From positions 94,980 through 158,979 of the forward strand of contig MU626285.1 in the NCBI GenBank assembly GCA_025603075.1: a stretch of 64,000 bases of DNA. The letters run 5' to 3'. Position numbers and translations under genes: made by a program. Positions within the stretch are counted from its first letter, which is position 1, and every line of letters begins with the position of its first letter. Of the stretch, positions 14,048-26,851 are shown one piece after another. Under the pieces are notes generated by a model. The model was not told where the DNA came from. It searched no databases and saw only the letters and a program-made list of their open reading frames with translations. Source of the stretch: Neoconidiobolus thromboides FSU 785 (lineage: Eukaryota > Fungi > Entomophthoromycota).

Positions 14048-15713
14048 TTAATTCCGCCCAAATTTAGCCTCAATAGTTATTACATCCGGAATACCAAGTT
14101 CAGGCTAAAAAGACATTAGATATTTGATACGTAAAATTAAATTTAATGTTACTTTATCGCTATTCAAACTAATTTCGTTATGGCTTAATTCATTCAACAA
14201 AACTGGAAGTGATTGGCATTGGTAAAAGCCACATTTCTAAATTATTAGTTTGATTTAAAATGAAATTAAAACTGAATTACCTCTGACCATGCGGATAAAC
14301 AAATCCAACAGAAGCGATGTCCACAATAAAGGCAGTCTACTTTATTACATCCATCGTCTCTATTTATTAAAATACGACAATGTGGGCAGCTTTTACTATA
14401 ATTAAAGTTAATACATATTTATTATGGTTCATAGCCTTAAATTACCTATTCTTTAGTGTCCAACTTATGTTTTTAAGCTGTTCTTCGGATTCTGCTCCAA
14501 TTTCTACTTTTCTTTTCATATATTCTAAGCATGAGATTCCATAATGATGGTCATTGGAACCACAAAGTAAACATAAAACGCTGCTGCATTTATGACTAAA
14601 TATAAAGTTAAGTCATGTCATTTCCAATAGCAATTGTAAATTTACCATAATGTTTGTGGAAATCTAGAAATATGTTCAAATTGTAATTCTTTCCATACTT
14701 CAGGCTTTAATTCTATCGCAATTAACCGAGATGAAATTTCAGATGCTCGAATCATCAATTTATTACACATTAGCTCATTTGCACCAAAAGTTCTAAAAAA
14801 TATTATTATTTTAAAAAGTAGTGTTAAAATATTTTTACTCTGGTAAAAGTTGAATCAAATGATCGGCTGTTTTTCTATATATTTCACTTCCCCCAGAAAC
14901 TCTACCTTCTAAAAAGTAACTATAATCATATTTGAGGCTACCTAAAAATCTCTTTATTGAATCTGCGTCCACATTTGCATTTATAAGCAAAGAAAGACAA
15001 TCCTTTTCAAGACTTTCAATGTATCTAATTATTATTAGAAAAAACAAATAATGGGTTTTAGTGAAATAGTTACTTTCTTTTACCACTATCGTTGAGTTCT
15101 AACTCAACCTTTGCAGCAAAAACTTCTTCTCCACATTCGCCACAAGAACGGCTCATAGAACGATAAGGTTTGTTATATATTTTATATTGACTTAAGGTTT
15201 TTGAGTCCACATACTAAAATCGTTAGAATTTATTGATTTCTATCAAATTATTATGGTTACCCTGCTCCATTCTGAAATAGGTAAGACATCTTGGCATACT
15301 GGGCATTTTATTTTTGTAACGTTTAATCCCCATGAATTGTTTACAACTTCTTTAACGTAACGGTTAAAACAATCTCTGCAAAATTGATCTCTGCACCTGT
15401 TGAGACATAGTTCTTGATTTTTATCAAAACATATAGAGCATCGGCATAGCCAGTATTCTATATCGTTGGACGATGCCCCAGAAAGAGAATCATGCCCTTT
15501 CTTTTGATATAATGATTTGGGACCACCAGATACTATTGATAAGATTGAATAGATCACCTTTATTAAAATCATTGGTACAAATATAGCAGGAAATAGCAAA
15601 TAGAACAAAGGTACTGAATAATGATTCATAAATTGAAAAAAGCTTGAGGATGAGCTTAAGGAAGAGTTTATCACTCCAATGCCATTGTCTTCAATTAAGC
15701 TACTCATTGTCAA
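14048..15713 (-). CDS. RBR (RING-IBR-RING) E3 ubiquitin ligase with N-terminal hydrophobic segment
   Basis: RING1 CSICF...CRDQFCRDC...CPVC; IBR halves CGEC and CHKC..CLLC..HH..SC; RING2 CPHCRILINRDDGCNKVDCLYCGHRFCWIC. Confidence 0.85.
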
Positions 15714-17062
15714 TAAACTGATTGCTGTTAGATTGTGTACAGATAAAAATCAAATAGGTGAATTGGACAATATATATTGAAACTTATAGGGAAAGGGCAA
15801 TGTTAATATAAAGATAAAATGGCTAAAGTGATGCAGAAAAAAATGAAAAAAAGATAATTTTAATAGCCGTCAATGCTTTATTTTAAACAACTCAAATAGA
15901 ATTTATCAAATGATTTTATGTAAATTCAACCCACCTTATTTGACAAATATGATCTAATTTTTAAATTAAGGTAAGGAATTGGTGACTGTTCATTTGCTAT
16001 TTTCTATATTTGGTCATTCAGTTGTTTAAGAAATTTAAAATGAATAACTCATTATAAAACAGTTCTAATGCATTTATTAGGCTGATTTGATACATGTTTA
16101 ATGCGATAAAAAAAGTCAAAATTTGAGGTGAAGCAACAGACAATAAAACTTATAAAATACATAAAAAACATGATATTATTATAGTTTATAAAGCGACTTA
16201 ACTATTAACAAAAAGTATACGAAATAGAATGAAGCGATCAATTCAACGACAATTTCAAGTGCTGTTAAAACTGAACCAATCGAATTAAATGGAAATTTTA
16301 TATTTAATTTTAGATTCATTTGATTCTATTTTAGTCATAAGTAATTGAGCTTCCACCCAATAACCTACATAATAGGGCTTAGTAGTTTCAGAACTGATAA
16401 ATTTAGTGTAAAAGCTTACAAATTATTGAGGGATGATTTCTAACATTGATAGAAAACGATTTTATGGCGAATCATCAAAGCTAATAAATTCAATAAACAG
16501 ATTAATTTATATAGCTTTTAATTTCCATTCATTTATAATTATGAAAACTATTAATATTCGGAATATTTTATAATCATTAGTTATTGTTTTATGTCATCGC
16601 TATAATAAAGTGCTTTATTTTTTTAAAATCATTAATATTGTTTAAATAAATTCTATTATGATGACACTGATTTACATAACATTTAATAAGTTTATTAAAT
16701 ATTTTTAAAGCAACTTTAAAGATAAAACTATATAAAATTAATGCTTGAATTTTTATCTTTAAATATAATATTTATATGCATGTGTTATTTTTGATCTATT
16801 TTATTATATTGTTTAATAATCGGCCATTTTATTAAGATTCACATAATTTAGAATATTCAGTGATATATAATATAAATAAAACTTACTTTGACTATTTTTG
16901 GGCTTAGAATTTAATAAAATATTATTCTAAAACATTGAGTAAATTATTTATTAGGTTGCTTCAAATTTTTTAAACTTTTTTGGGCGAATCCAAAGTGGTA
17001 AAAGTAGATTTGAAATGGTAAGCATTTTGATGTAAAATAGTTTTTGCTTAACCTAAAAAATT

Positions 17063-17154
17063 AAAGATGTATTTCTGTTTGGGAATTTTACTAACAATTT
17101 TTCCACTTAAATAGTACTTAAAAATGAAAAAATAATGAAACCAAGAAATAGCCT
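17063..17154 (+). mobile_element. Degenerate MITE copy
   Basis: Core AATTTTACTAACAATTTTTCCACTTAAATAGTACTTAAAAATGAAAAAATAATGAAACC; ends eroded. Confidence 0.65.
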
Positions 17155-17685
17155 AAGTTGTATGGTGATGGTATAGGTGTATTAATAACAATATCATATT
17201 GAATTTTTTGCTAAAATGATTTTATAGAGTGAGATAAAGATCAATAACAAAATTTAGTTAAATTCAAAATGCTAATTTTATTTATTTATTTATACAACCG
17301 AGTGTTAAATAACAGGTACATTTAACTTTTTTAAATTAAATTAACACTAAAAAGTTAAAATATTAAATGAAAGTATTTTTTATTAAAAAATTTACTGCTA
17401 AATATTAAGTTGTAATAAAGATAAATATAATTAAAAATAAATGTTTGCTTAACATTTAACTGCAAATTTCTTCATTTATTAAAAGTGCATTTTGTTTAAT
17501 ATTTAAAGTTTTTAGCATAAACTTATTAATTTATATAATTTTAAAAAAATCAAAATTAAATACAGCTATTTTATAAAATGAACTTAATCTATTAACTATG
17601 CTTCAGTTATATATGTCTATTTACTATTAAAGAAAAATAAAGAATCTAGTTAAAAATAATGCATTTTTTTATAATTATAAGATAA

Positions 17686-17780
17686 GGGGATAATTTTTTT
17701 GGGTTCATTACTTTTTCATCTTTTAAGTACTATTTGAACGAAAAAATTACTAGTAAAATTATTAAGCAAAAAATACATCC
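17686..17780 (-). mobile_element. MITE copy
   Basis: GGGG start, reverse family core, ends TACATCC followed by ATAT. Confidence 0.75.
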
Positions 17781-18556
17781 ATATAATTTGTGGTAATTTG
17801 TTTTTTTTGGCACAAGTGGCATAAGTAATTAACTGCAACTATAAAATCATTTTGGACTAATCAAAAGTATATAACATTATATTATTGGTGATTATGGAAT
17901 ATAAATAATTACTTGATTTATAATGGAAGTAACATTAAAAGCTTTCAGGTAAAAAACAACTATTAGAAATTTTAAAAAACGAAATGGCTATTGCAGAGCT
18001 TACAGCCTATTTTTTGTATAAGTCAAAAATATTGTTATAAATTAGTTTATAAAGTAGATTTTGGACTAAATGTTCACTTTTTTATTAAAACTAAAACCTA
18101 AATTTTACTCTTTCTGATTAAAACTAACACTAAATAAATTACCTTAAATGAAGCTACTGTGAAGATGTTATAACTTTACATGAAATATAGCCTTTTGTTT
18201 ATAAAATAAGAAGCCTTTAAGAGCAAAATATTGTTTAAAGGATGAGTCAAACAAAAAACTGGTCGCTTTTTGAGCTCTAATTTACGCTTTGAAAAAGTAA
18301 ATAGCAATTTGATGATTGTTTTTATGAAAATAATTGATGATAAAAAGCCTATACCTAATAAATATCCACCTTATCTTCCTTAATCAGTGAGTAACGATGC
18401 TCTCAAGACTCTTAGTTTAAGTATTTTCGTTCGAAAGTTAATTGGCAGGAAAGCGAAAAATGTCCTTGATTTAACCAATCAACAAATTTTAACAATTTTA
18501 TAAAAGTAACCTATTTAAAAATATAATAACTTTCATTATTTTTAAAAAGCAAAAAA

Positions 18557-19247
18557 ATGTCTACAGAAAGAGCAATCGAAGAATTAGAGAACAATATCAA
18601 CGAGTTTGAGAAAGCAGTAGACATGATATTAGATCCAGAGTTTGCAGAAAACGTAAACAACTTAGATACAATAGACAAATGTCAACTTGAAGTATTATTA
18701 TGTTATGCAATTAACAATAATCTTTGGTGTAAGTCTATTTTTTTAAAAACAAAAAAATATACCACTAACTTTTCTTAAGCATATATGATGCTGAAAGGAA
18801 TTGATATGAAAGACCATCCTATATTGAGAGAATTAGTAAAGTTATTTAAGATAATAAAATATAGATTTAAGACTAGAATTAGGCAAGATCAAGAGAATAC
18901 ATTAAGAAAATCAAAGAGCTTCAAGGAAGAGGAGGACGTAATAATATATTATATGTTAAGATTAAAAGTTATTAACTTGATAATAGCAAGTACGAGAGTA
19001 AACATTCCAGCAGCTCAAAGGGTTATAAAACATTCGCTAGCAGAGAATGAAGAAACTCAAGGTAAAAAACATTTTACTATATAGATAAACTAATAAAATC
19101 AGAAGAAGAAAAGGAAGACAACGGAAATAAAGAAGTAAATAAAAAAGAAACTAGAAATAACAAGATAAAGAAAAACAATAAGAAAGGTAATTTTTAGTAT
19201 ATTATAATTAATAAAATTCTAAAAATTGATAAGGTGGCAAAAAATAG
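18557..19247 (+). CDS. C1D: C1D/Rrp47 (Lrp1) nuclear exosome cofactor, multi-exon
   Basis: DKCQLEVLLCYAINN-LW-YMMLKGIDMKDHPILREL-TRIR; RVNIPAAQRVIKHSL; basic tail. Confidence 0.8.
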
Positions 19248-19725
19248 ATATTTCGTAAAGATTGAATAAGGAGGATAAATTAAATATAAATTTTATAGAT
19301 CATTATTATTATTAAATTTATTTTAAATAATATGTTATTTTCAATTCGAATATTTATAATTTATACTTTGTAATTTTTGTATTGACAATTGAAAGCATTT
19401 TAATATAAATAACCATGATAATGATCAAAGATTATTACAAATAACTGTATAAATTAAATGTATAATCCTTTTTGATTATATTGTATGCGGATTAATAGTT
19501 AGATATAATTTTATGTTTTGATACTTTTATTAGCTAAATTAGTTATATAATAAGCGAAATTAAATGAATACCTAATTTATTTTAATAAATAGTATCAGTT
19601 GAATACTATAATATTATGATATAATAATGTCCGATTTCTTGAGCGTTTTTAAATCAAAATTTGCAAAGTAAAATAACAGCTGTCATATTTTCTCATATAA
19701 GTTTTTTTTATTCGAATTTTAGCAG

Positions 19726-21275
19726 ATGGAACAGATTAATGAAACAAATGCAGTAGCTCAAGCACCCAAAGCAGTTTACTTTGATTCTAATGGAAAAGAG
19801 AATAGCTTTGATGTAAAATTAGATCAGATGACGAATAACTGGTACTATATTGATCCAAAAGATCAAGTGAAATATGAGTTTGATTCTAATACAAATGCTT
19901 GGTTTCCAATGGTATAGGAAAATTATTGTATTCTTCATCTATATTTTATTCTTAAACTTACCTATTTAGTTCGATCAAGACTTAGTTTTGGCCCAACAGT
20001 CGATTTATGATGTCGATGAACCACAAGTAAGCCACTTAAAAATAAAATAGTAGAGCAATAAGAGTATTTACGATAACAAGATTAATAAGGAAGAAAAGTC
20101 TCCTGTTCGAAAGGGAGTTAAGGTATTTTAAATACCTTTAAATATAAATATCCTTAATATTAGGTAGAATAAAAAGAAGAATAATGATGTAGAGAATAAA
20201 CCTAAAGAAAGAATCAATTCTTCAGTTTATGTTACTGGATTGCCACCTGACGCTACTTTTGAAGAGCTTAAAGAAACTTTTTCGAAATGTGGATTGTTTA
20301 TGGAAGATTTAGCTACTGGTAAGAATAAATTCACTGAAACTATCTAGTAATAATAAATTTTCAGGAAAGCCTAAAATAAAATTATATAAAGATGAGAATG
20401 GGCAATGTAAAGGAGATGCTCTTATAACGTTTTTTAAAGAAGAATCAGTGCAACTTGCCACTAGTCTTTTAGATGAGGCCCCTTTCAGACCTCCCAAACC
20501 CGACCTTATTTACGTACAAAAAGTAATCAACTAAACACAGCAATATGAAAATGATACTAATGTAATTCAAACTAGGCTGATTTCTCCAAAAAAGAACATG
20601 CAGATAGTAATAATGAAGTTAAAAAAAATAAGGTTGACCCAAAAATATTAAAAAAGCGCAGACAAAATATGGAAAGGTAAATAAAACTGTAACAGAGATC
20701 AAAAAAATGACTGATTATTATTAAGGAAATTAGATTGGTATGAGAAAGAAGAAAAGAGCAATAAAGAAAAGTTTCGAAAAACGGTTTTGCTAAAGCATAT
20801 GTTTAGTCTTCAAGAATTGGAAGTAAGTTAGGATATAAAAGTATCACTTAACTTACTTTAATTTTAAGGATGATCCAGCGCTTATTTTAGATTTGAAAGA
20901 AGATATTCGTGAAGAATGCTCTAAGATTGGAGAAGTCACTAATGTGATATTGTATGATGTAACATAGTATTGAATAATAATGAATTGTAATATTAATTAA
21001 ATTAGAAATCTGAAGAAGGAGCCTGTACTGTTCGATTTAGAGAAGTGTTGTCTGCGGATGCGTGTATTAAAGTAAGACTAATAAATTTAATTGTCTGCTT
21101 ATTTACTTATTTACTTATATTTAAGTTAATGAACAACCGATTTTTTGGTGGAAGAAGAATTGAAGCTTCTATTTATGATGGAGCTAAATATCAAAGAAGT
21201 GATAATAGAACTATGGATGACGAAGAAGAAAAGGCCAGATTAGATCAATTTGGTGAATGGCTTGAAAAGAAATAA
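19726..21275 (+). CDS. HTATSF1: U2 snRNP-associated factor Tat-SF1/Cus2 (RRM plus UHM), multi-exon
   Basis: SSVYVTGLPPD; KPKIKLYKDENGQCKGDALITFFKEESVQLA; DLKEDIREECSKIGEVTNV; LMNNRFFGGRRIEA. Confidence 0.9.
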
Positions 21276-21482
21276 GAAATTTCGCTTTATTTTTGCCAAA
21301 CTTCTAATAAATAAATTTCATTTTTTGCTGAAAACATATTATTAATTTATATTACTTTAGACTTTTTGCTAAATACAATCAAATATAAGTTTTATTAGAA
21401 TTATAAAGTACATCAATTTATTTATTCATAGCTAGCAGATTATTAAATTGTATAAAATGGACATAAAAACCAAATGACTATT

Positions 21483-21959
21483 TTAATTGAGCTTATTAAT
21501 ATAAGATATAAACATATCTCTTTTAGACTTCTTTGGTTGTGATTCTACGCCATCGAGGTGGTCAAGGAGTTTCTTAAATCTAGTTTCAATTACTTTTTTA
21601 AGCTCAGGATCCTTTCCGGCCTTTTCGATTATTTTAAATAAGAAAGGTTCGGTAGCAGCATAAAAATTATCAAAGATAATTGATGGTTTGAGGGCTTGTT
21701 CTTTAGCGTATTTAAGGGCTTCACCTTTAACCTTTTCTTTTCCTTTATTGATTAAGTCGTCGGTAAATGAGCCATTGCTTCCTTCAGGCTTGTTTACTAC
21801 AGATTTATTTTCTTCAGGTTTAATTTCTGTTGGTCCATTTTTACCCTGCTCTACAGGGTTGTTGGCTCTTGTACCAAGTTCGGAGATTAGTTCAGTAACA
21901 GAGAAGGCAGAAGCAGTCGTGGCAAAGGCGACAATAGTCAAAATCGAGGAAAATTTCAT
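21483..21959 (-). CDS. Small secreted protein (158 aa), unknown function
   Basis: N-terminal signal peptide MKFSSILTIVAFATTASA, intronless, no Cys, KR dibasic site near the C-terminus. Confidence 0.75.
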   Translation of the reverse strand: MKFSSILTIVAFATTASAFSVTELISELGTRANNPVEQGKNGPTEIKPEENKSVVNKPEGSNGSFTDDLINKGKEKVKGEALKYAKEQALKPSIIFDNFYAATEPFLFKIIEKAGKDPELKKVIETRFKKLLDHLDGVESQPKKSKRDMFISYINKLN

Positions 21960-22972
21960 TATTAAACTAATTAAAAAGATAAAAGAATAAATTCCAATAA
22001 CTATGTTTTTATAGCCAAATTAATTTATTTAATTATTCTGATATTTACTATATTTGGTAATTTTAGCTATTAATATAACTTTTAATTAATTGTCACTTAT
22101 TTTTTTGTAAGTTATTAAGCATTTGAATATTTTATGACTTAATTTGAGTTCTTTTAAAGGCTTGAGGAGTTATATAACATATTAAAATATACAAAAGGAT
22201 ATATGTTATCTTGTAATTGGGCGTTGAAAGCCAGTACTATAATGTAAATAATAATAACGCTAGCTAATTTATTTGTATTGACCAAGCAACCTGTTACAAA
22301 ATCAATAGGGTTATAGTTATTACTTAAGGCTAAATCAGTAGCTTAGAATATCAATATAATTAGAATAGCAATTCACCTATAGTAGCAGATGAAGACTTTC
22401 CTTATGATACTAAATATTCTACTCGCTTTGACAAATAAAATACTAGCACTATTTGACTTATGAGAGTAATAGATTTATGGAAATTTATGACAAAAAAACA
22501 TAATTCATAAAATTATGGAAGTTATAGAGTTATTTATAACTCCTATTTAACTTATTTCAATAACTATTGATTGTTTTTTGAATTAATTAATATAATAAAA
22601 ACCATACTTGAACTTATTATCATTTAACTTTAGTTGGATATTTATTAGATAAACTTACTTTAAAGCTATGTATTTTTATATATTAAACTAGTAAAGCAAA
22701 TTCAATATTTTGCTTTAATTGAGAGAAATTTATAATAAATATTTTTAAGATGGGCAAAAATGAATTAAAATTCAATCAAGCGATTTTATTTAGCGTAGTT
22801 TAAAATTAGTACTATCCAACGGTTAACTATGACGCATTCTTTTTAGACAGTAATTTATATAATATTGAAACTTTTTAGCAAATCATCTCTCAGGATATAG
22901 TTATCCAAAAAAAGCAAATGATGGTTGTTTAGAATCAGACTTTTTGTTTTCATTTTTTATTCTTTCATTCAA

Positions 22973-25821
22973 ATGGAACCAAGCCAATTTCAAGCTAAAA
23001 ATCTTAATTTATCGGAGGAAATCGAAGAGATTAAGGAGGATAAATTTGATTTTGACAGCGGCGTCTTGAGCAGAGAAGAAAAAATGGAATCTGTGCTGTT
23101 TGAAGAAGGTTAGGATAGTAACCTTATTGTGCAATTATTATCAATTAATATTAAAATAGGATGGGAATACTTAATTATTTATGAGCTAGAAAAGAACTAT
23201 AAATATAAAATAGTAGATATACTTAGAGATTTTGAAGTAGATAAACATTACTCATTGGAAATAAAGTAATTTTCTTCTTTTCAATAGCACCAACCTGATA
23301 ATTTTTTCTAATAAATGTTAGTATGTTAAATTTGGTACAAAATAATAGTAAATTGGGGAATTTGATTTTAAACTATCCTTTGAAATTAATACCAATTATG
23401 GAAAAAGCAGTAAACAGTCTTCAATATAGCTTATTAAGTTTCAGTACTCATGATGATCCATTATCACATAAAAGAAACGTGCACATTAGATTGAATAAGT
23501 AATTAAATATATATTTATTGTTTTATAATAACTAGTTTGTAGTTTGCCAAATGTAAATGTATATAATAAAATGGGAATGCCAAACAATGATGATATTGGA
23601 AAACTTATATCAGTCCAAGGGACAATATTAAGGTAATTTATAGAACTATTAAAAATTATAGTAATAATGTTTTAAAAGGACGGGGGAAACCAAAATAATT
23701 ACCAATACCGCAATTGCAGAGTGTACCAAATGCAAAGGAATATTCAATTTAACTAGTAATCTGGATAAGCACTCTACTATCAAACCGCCGGTTGTTTGTT
23801 TAAATGACGAAAAACCAAACTGTTTGAATAGTAGATTTAATATTACTAAAACTAATGGTAAATAGCATAACAAAAATCACCCTGATCGGTAAAATCATAC
23901 TTTATTAGATAGGCATCATTTTAGACAATATCAAGAGATCAAAATTCAACAAAATATGTCTAATTTATCTATCGGTTCAATATCCTTTTTTTTTTAATTC
24001 AAATAGGACATGTTAATTTTTTTATTCCTTAACTTTTTTTACATGCCAAAAACAGTAGTAGCGATATTAGAAGATGACCTAGTTGATCAAGTAAAAAGTG
24101 GCGATAAAGTGAAGATAATGTAAATATTGAATTAAGATTTGCATAAAAGTAGTATTAAAAATATATAAAAAATATAGTGGGTGTCTACGAAGAAGATGGA
24201 AAGAAGTTAACGCTGGGCAACGATGTATTGTAGAAATGTACTTCCATGTTAACAACGTTATTATTAAAAGCGACTTGACAATTTTTAATAACACTGTTGT
24301 AAATTCATTTACTCAATTTTGGTCAATTCATAAAGATAGACCGTTGTTAGGTAATTAAAACCAAATTTATTTATTTTATAGTTTCATTCAAATTGACAAG
24401 TTTAGCTAGGTAATAATAAAACAATAAGTAATCTTATTTATTAAATAAGGTAAAAAGAGATAAAATTGTAAATTCATTTTGTCCAAAAGTATATGGCTTG
24501 CACTTAGTTAAACTTTGCTGCTTATTAACTATTATTGGCGGTGTTTCAAAATCATCCGAAAGTGGACATAAAGTTCGTGGCGAGCCACATTTACTATTGG
24601 TTGGTGATCCTGGTACTGCAAAGTCACAGTTTTTAAAGTTTTCCAATAAATTAGTTCAAAGATCGATTTTGACCACCGGTATTGGAACCAGTTCGTGAGT
24701 CATTGTGCAATATTGTCATAGATTAGGTTACTAACGTTGATTTATTTAGGGTCGGACTTACTGTTGCTGCAACAAAAGTAACTTTGATGTTTCATAAGTA
24801 TTTTACACATGACTAATATTAATCAAAAGGATAAAGGAGGGTTTGTGCTTGAGCCAGGTGCATTGGTGTTAGCTGATGGAGGGTTATGCTGTATCGATGA
24901 ATTTAATAGTATTCAAGAAAGAGATAAAACATCTGTATATGAAGGTAATTATAAATCATTAATATATCTGAATGTCTTTCAACTATTTCTCTAGCTATGG
25001 AGCAGCAAAGAATATCGATTGCCAAAGCAGGTAAAACAATTTGAAATTAAACATCAAATATAATCTAATTGATAATAGGCATAGTGTGTACATTAAATAC
25101 AAGATGCTCCGTATTAGCAGCAACAAATCCAAAAGGTAATTACGATCCCAATCAAAGTCTGAGTACAAATTTAGCACTAGCGGGACCGTTGTTATCACGT
25201 TTTGATATGATTTTGATAATATTAGATGATAAAGATTCAGAGTGGGATGAGTAATATTTAAATAATTTTATTTAATTTAATAGATAATAATAGACATATA
25301 GTAAAATTGCCGATTACATATTAATGAGAGAATTAGATGGAATTAAAAACGATGAAAATAACACTGAGTTTAATATCGAGCAATTGAGGGATTACATTAA
25401 TTATGTACAAAATGAATATCAACCAAGGATTAGCAAAGAAGTAGATCTAATATTTACTAAATATTATCATTTAGTAAGAATGAAAGAGCAGGATAAATCT
25501 AGGACCACAGTAAGGTTTTTAGAAGCGTTGATTCGTTTAGCTCAAGCACATGCAAGGTTGTGCTTCAAAAATCAAGTTGATTACATAGACGCATGTCAAA
25601 TTATCCTCTTGATGGAAATTGCGACTGCTGGCAATTTTTTTATACCTAGGTTAGTTAGCAATCCTGTGAAATTAATCAAATCTACATTCTTTGAAAACCC
25701 TGATGAAGAAGCAAAAGAACAAGGTAATTTTTTCTCCTAGTTTTGCCTTTTATTTTTAATTGTTATTTTAGCTGGTATTATACTTGGTGCCTTGGGCCTT
25801 TCTAACATTCTTCTAGAATAA
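22973..25821 (+). CDS. MCM9: MCM9 helicase, multi-exon (includes a U12 intron and a probable 4-nt micro-exon)
   Basis: [96 protein letters not shown]: the MCM9-type pattern. Confidence 0.85.
23980..24042 (+). other. U12-type (minor spliceosome) AT-AC intron in MCM9
   Basis: 5'ss ATATCCTTTT, branch site TTCCTTAAC (24025-24033), 3' end TTAC; removal restores ...LSIGS|[15 protein letters not shown]. Confidence 0.9.
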
Positions 25822-26753
25822 TAGTCTACAAGTTTTCAAAATTTTGATTAGATTGAGTTTATATTGCTATTTTAAGAAATTATAAATATAACTGTTCTTT
25901 ATTATTTTATAAGTTTATTATTTTTTTCAAAAACAAATGTTTATTAATTCAATAAAAATGATAATGAGAAAAAAGGAGCTAATGAAAAGCATTTTAATAC
26001 AATTGATGAGTATTGAGATAAACTTTTTATGTTTTATTAATGGAAAATCTTTTTTTAATGAACTCCAATGAACAGCTGTTTAAGCTAAATAGGATTGAAA
26101 AAGTATGAGTAATTCGATTTTCTTAAAGTTATTTCCTGTCTAATTTACTAAATATATTATTAGCCAATAAATACTGTTCTTGTATAAATTTTCATAAATC
26201 AGCTTAAAAAATATGTAAAAATAATGAAAATAAAATAATTTTTCCCATACGTATATTTATTTAATGGTTTGGAAAATAAAGAGCAAACACTACACAAATA
26301 CAATTCATCTAGATTATGATTATGCTAGTACAAATAATAATAGCATAAAATTGTTACTTTTTAGCCCTACTTCTCTGGCTTAATTTATTTGATTTTATTT
26401 GGCAACAAGTCAGAGTGTTTTGCTTTTTCATAATTATATGAAAATAAAAAGCAGCAAAAACCCTAAGTAAGCAAAAATTTTTTCAGGCTTTTAAACTACC
26501 ATTCTTTTGATTTTTATAGTAAATTAAGGTTTAACTCTAAATTAGTTTGGCTGGCCTCAACAACTATGAGGATTATTGTATATTGACTGAAACTAATCAA
26601 AGCTGTAAACAATAACTTAAGCTTAGCTATAACAGTTTAATTTTGAATTACTCATGAAGTTTTATATGATATTGAGCCATGGGCTTTTTTACTGACAAAG
26701 AGCTCATAAGTCTTTATTTTATATCGAATACGTTGAATACCTAATCGCCATAT

Positions 26754-26851
26754 AGGAGTGTTTTTTTGACTTCATTATTTTTTCCATTTTTCAAGCGCTA
26801 TTTAAGCGGAAAATTTGTTAGTAAAGTTCTTAAACACAAAAATACATCCCC
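26754..26851 (-). mobile_element. MITE copy
   Basis: ATAT-AGGA...CCCC-ATAT, 98 bp. Confidence 0.9.
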
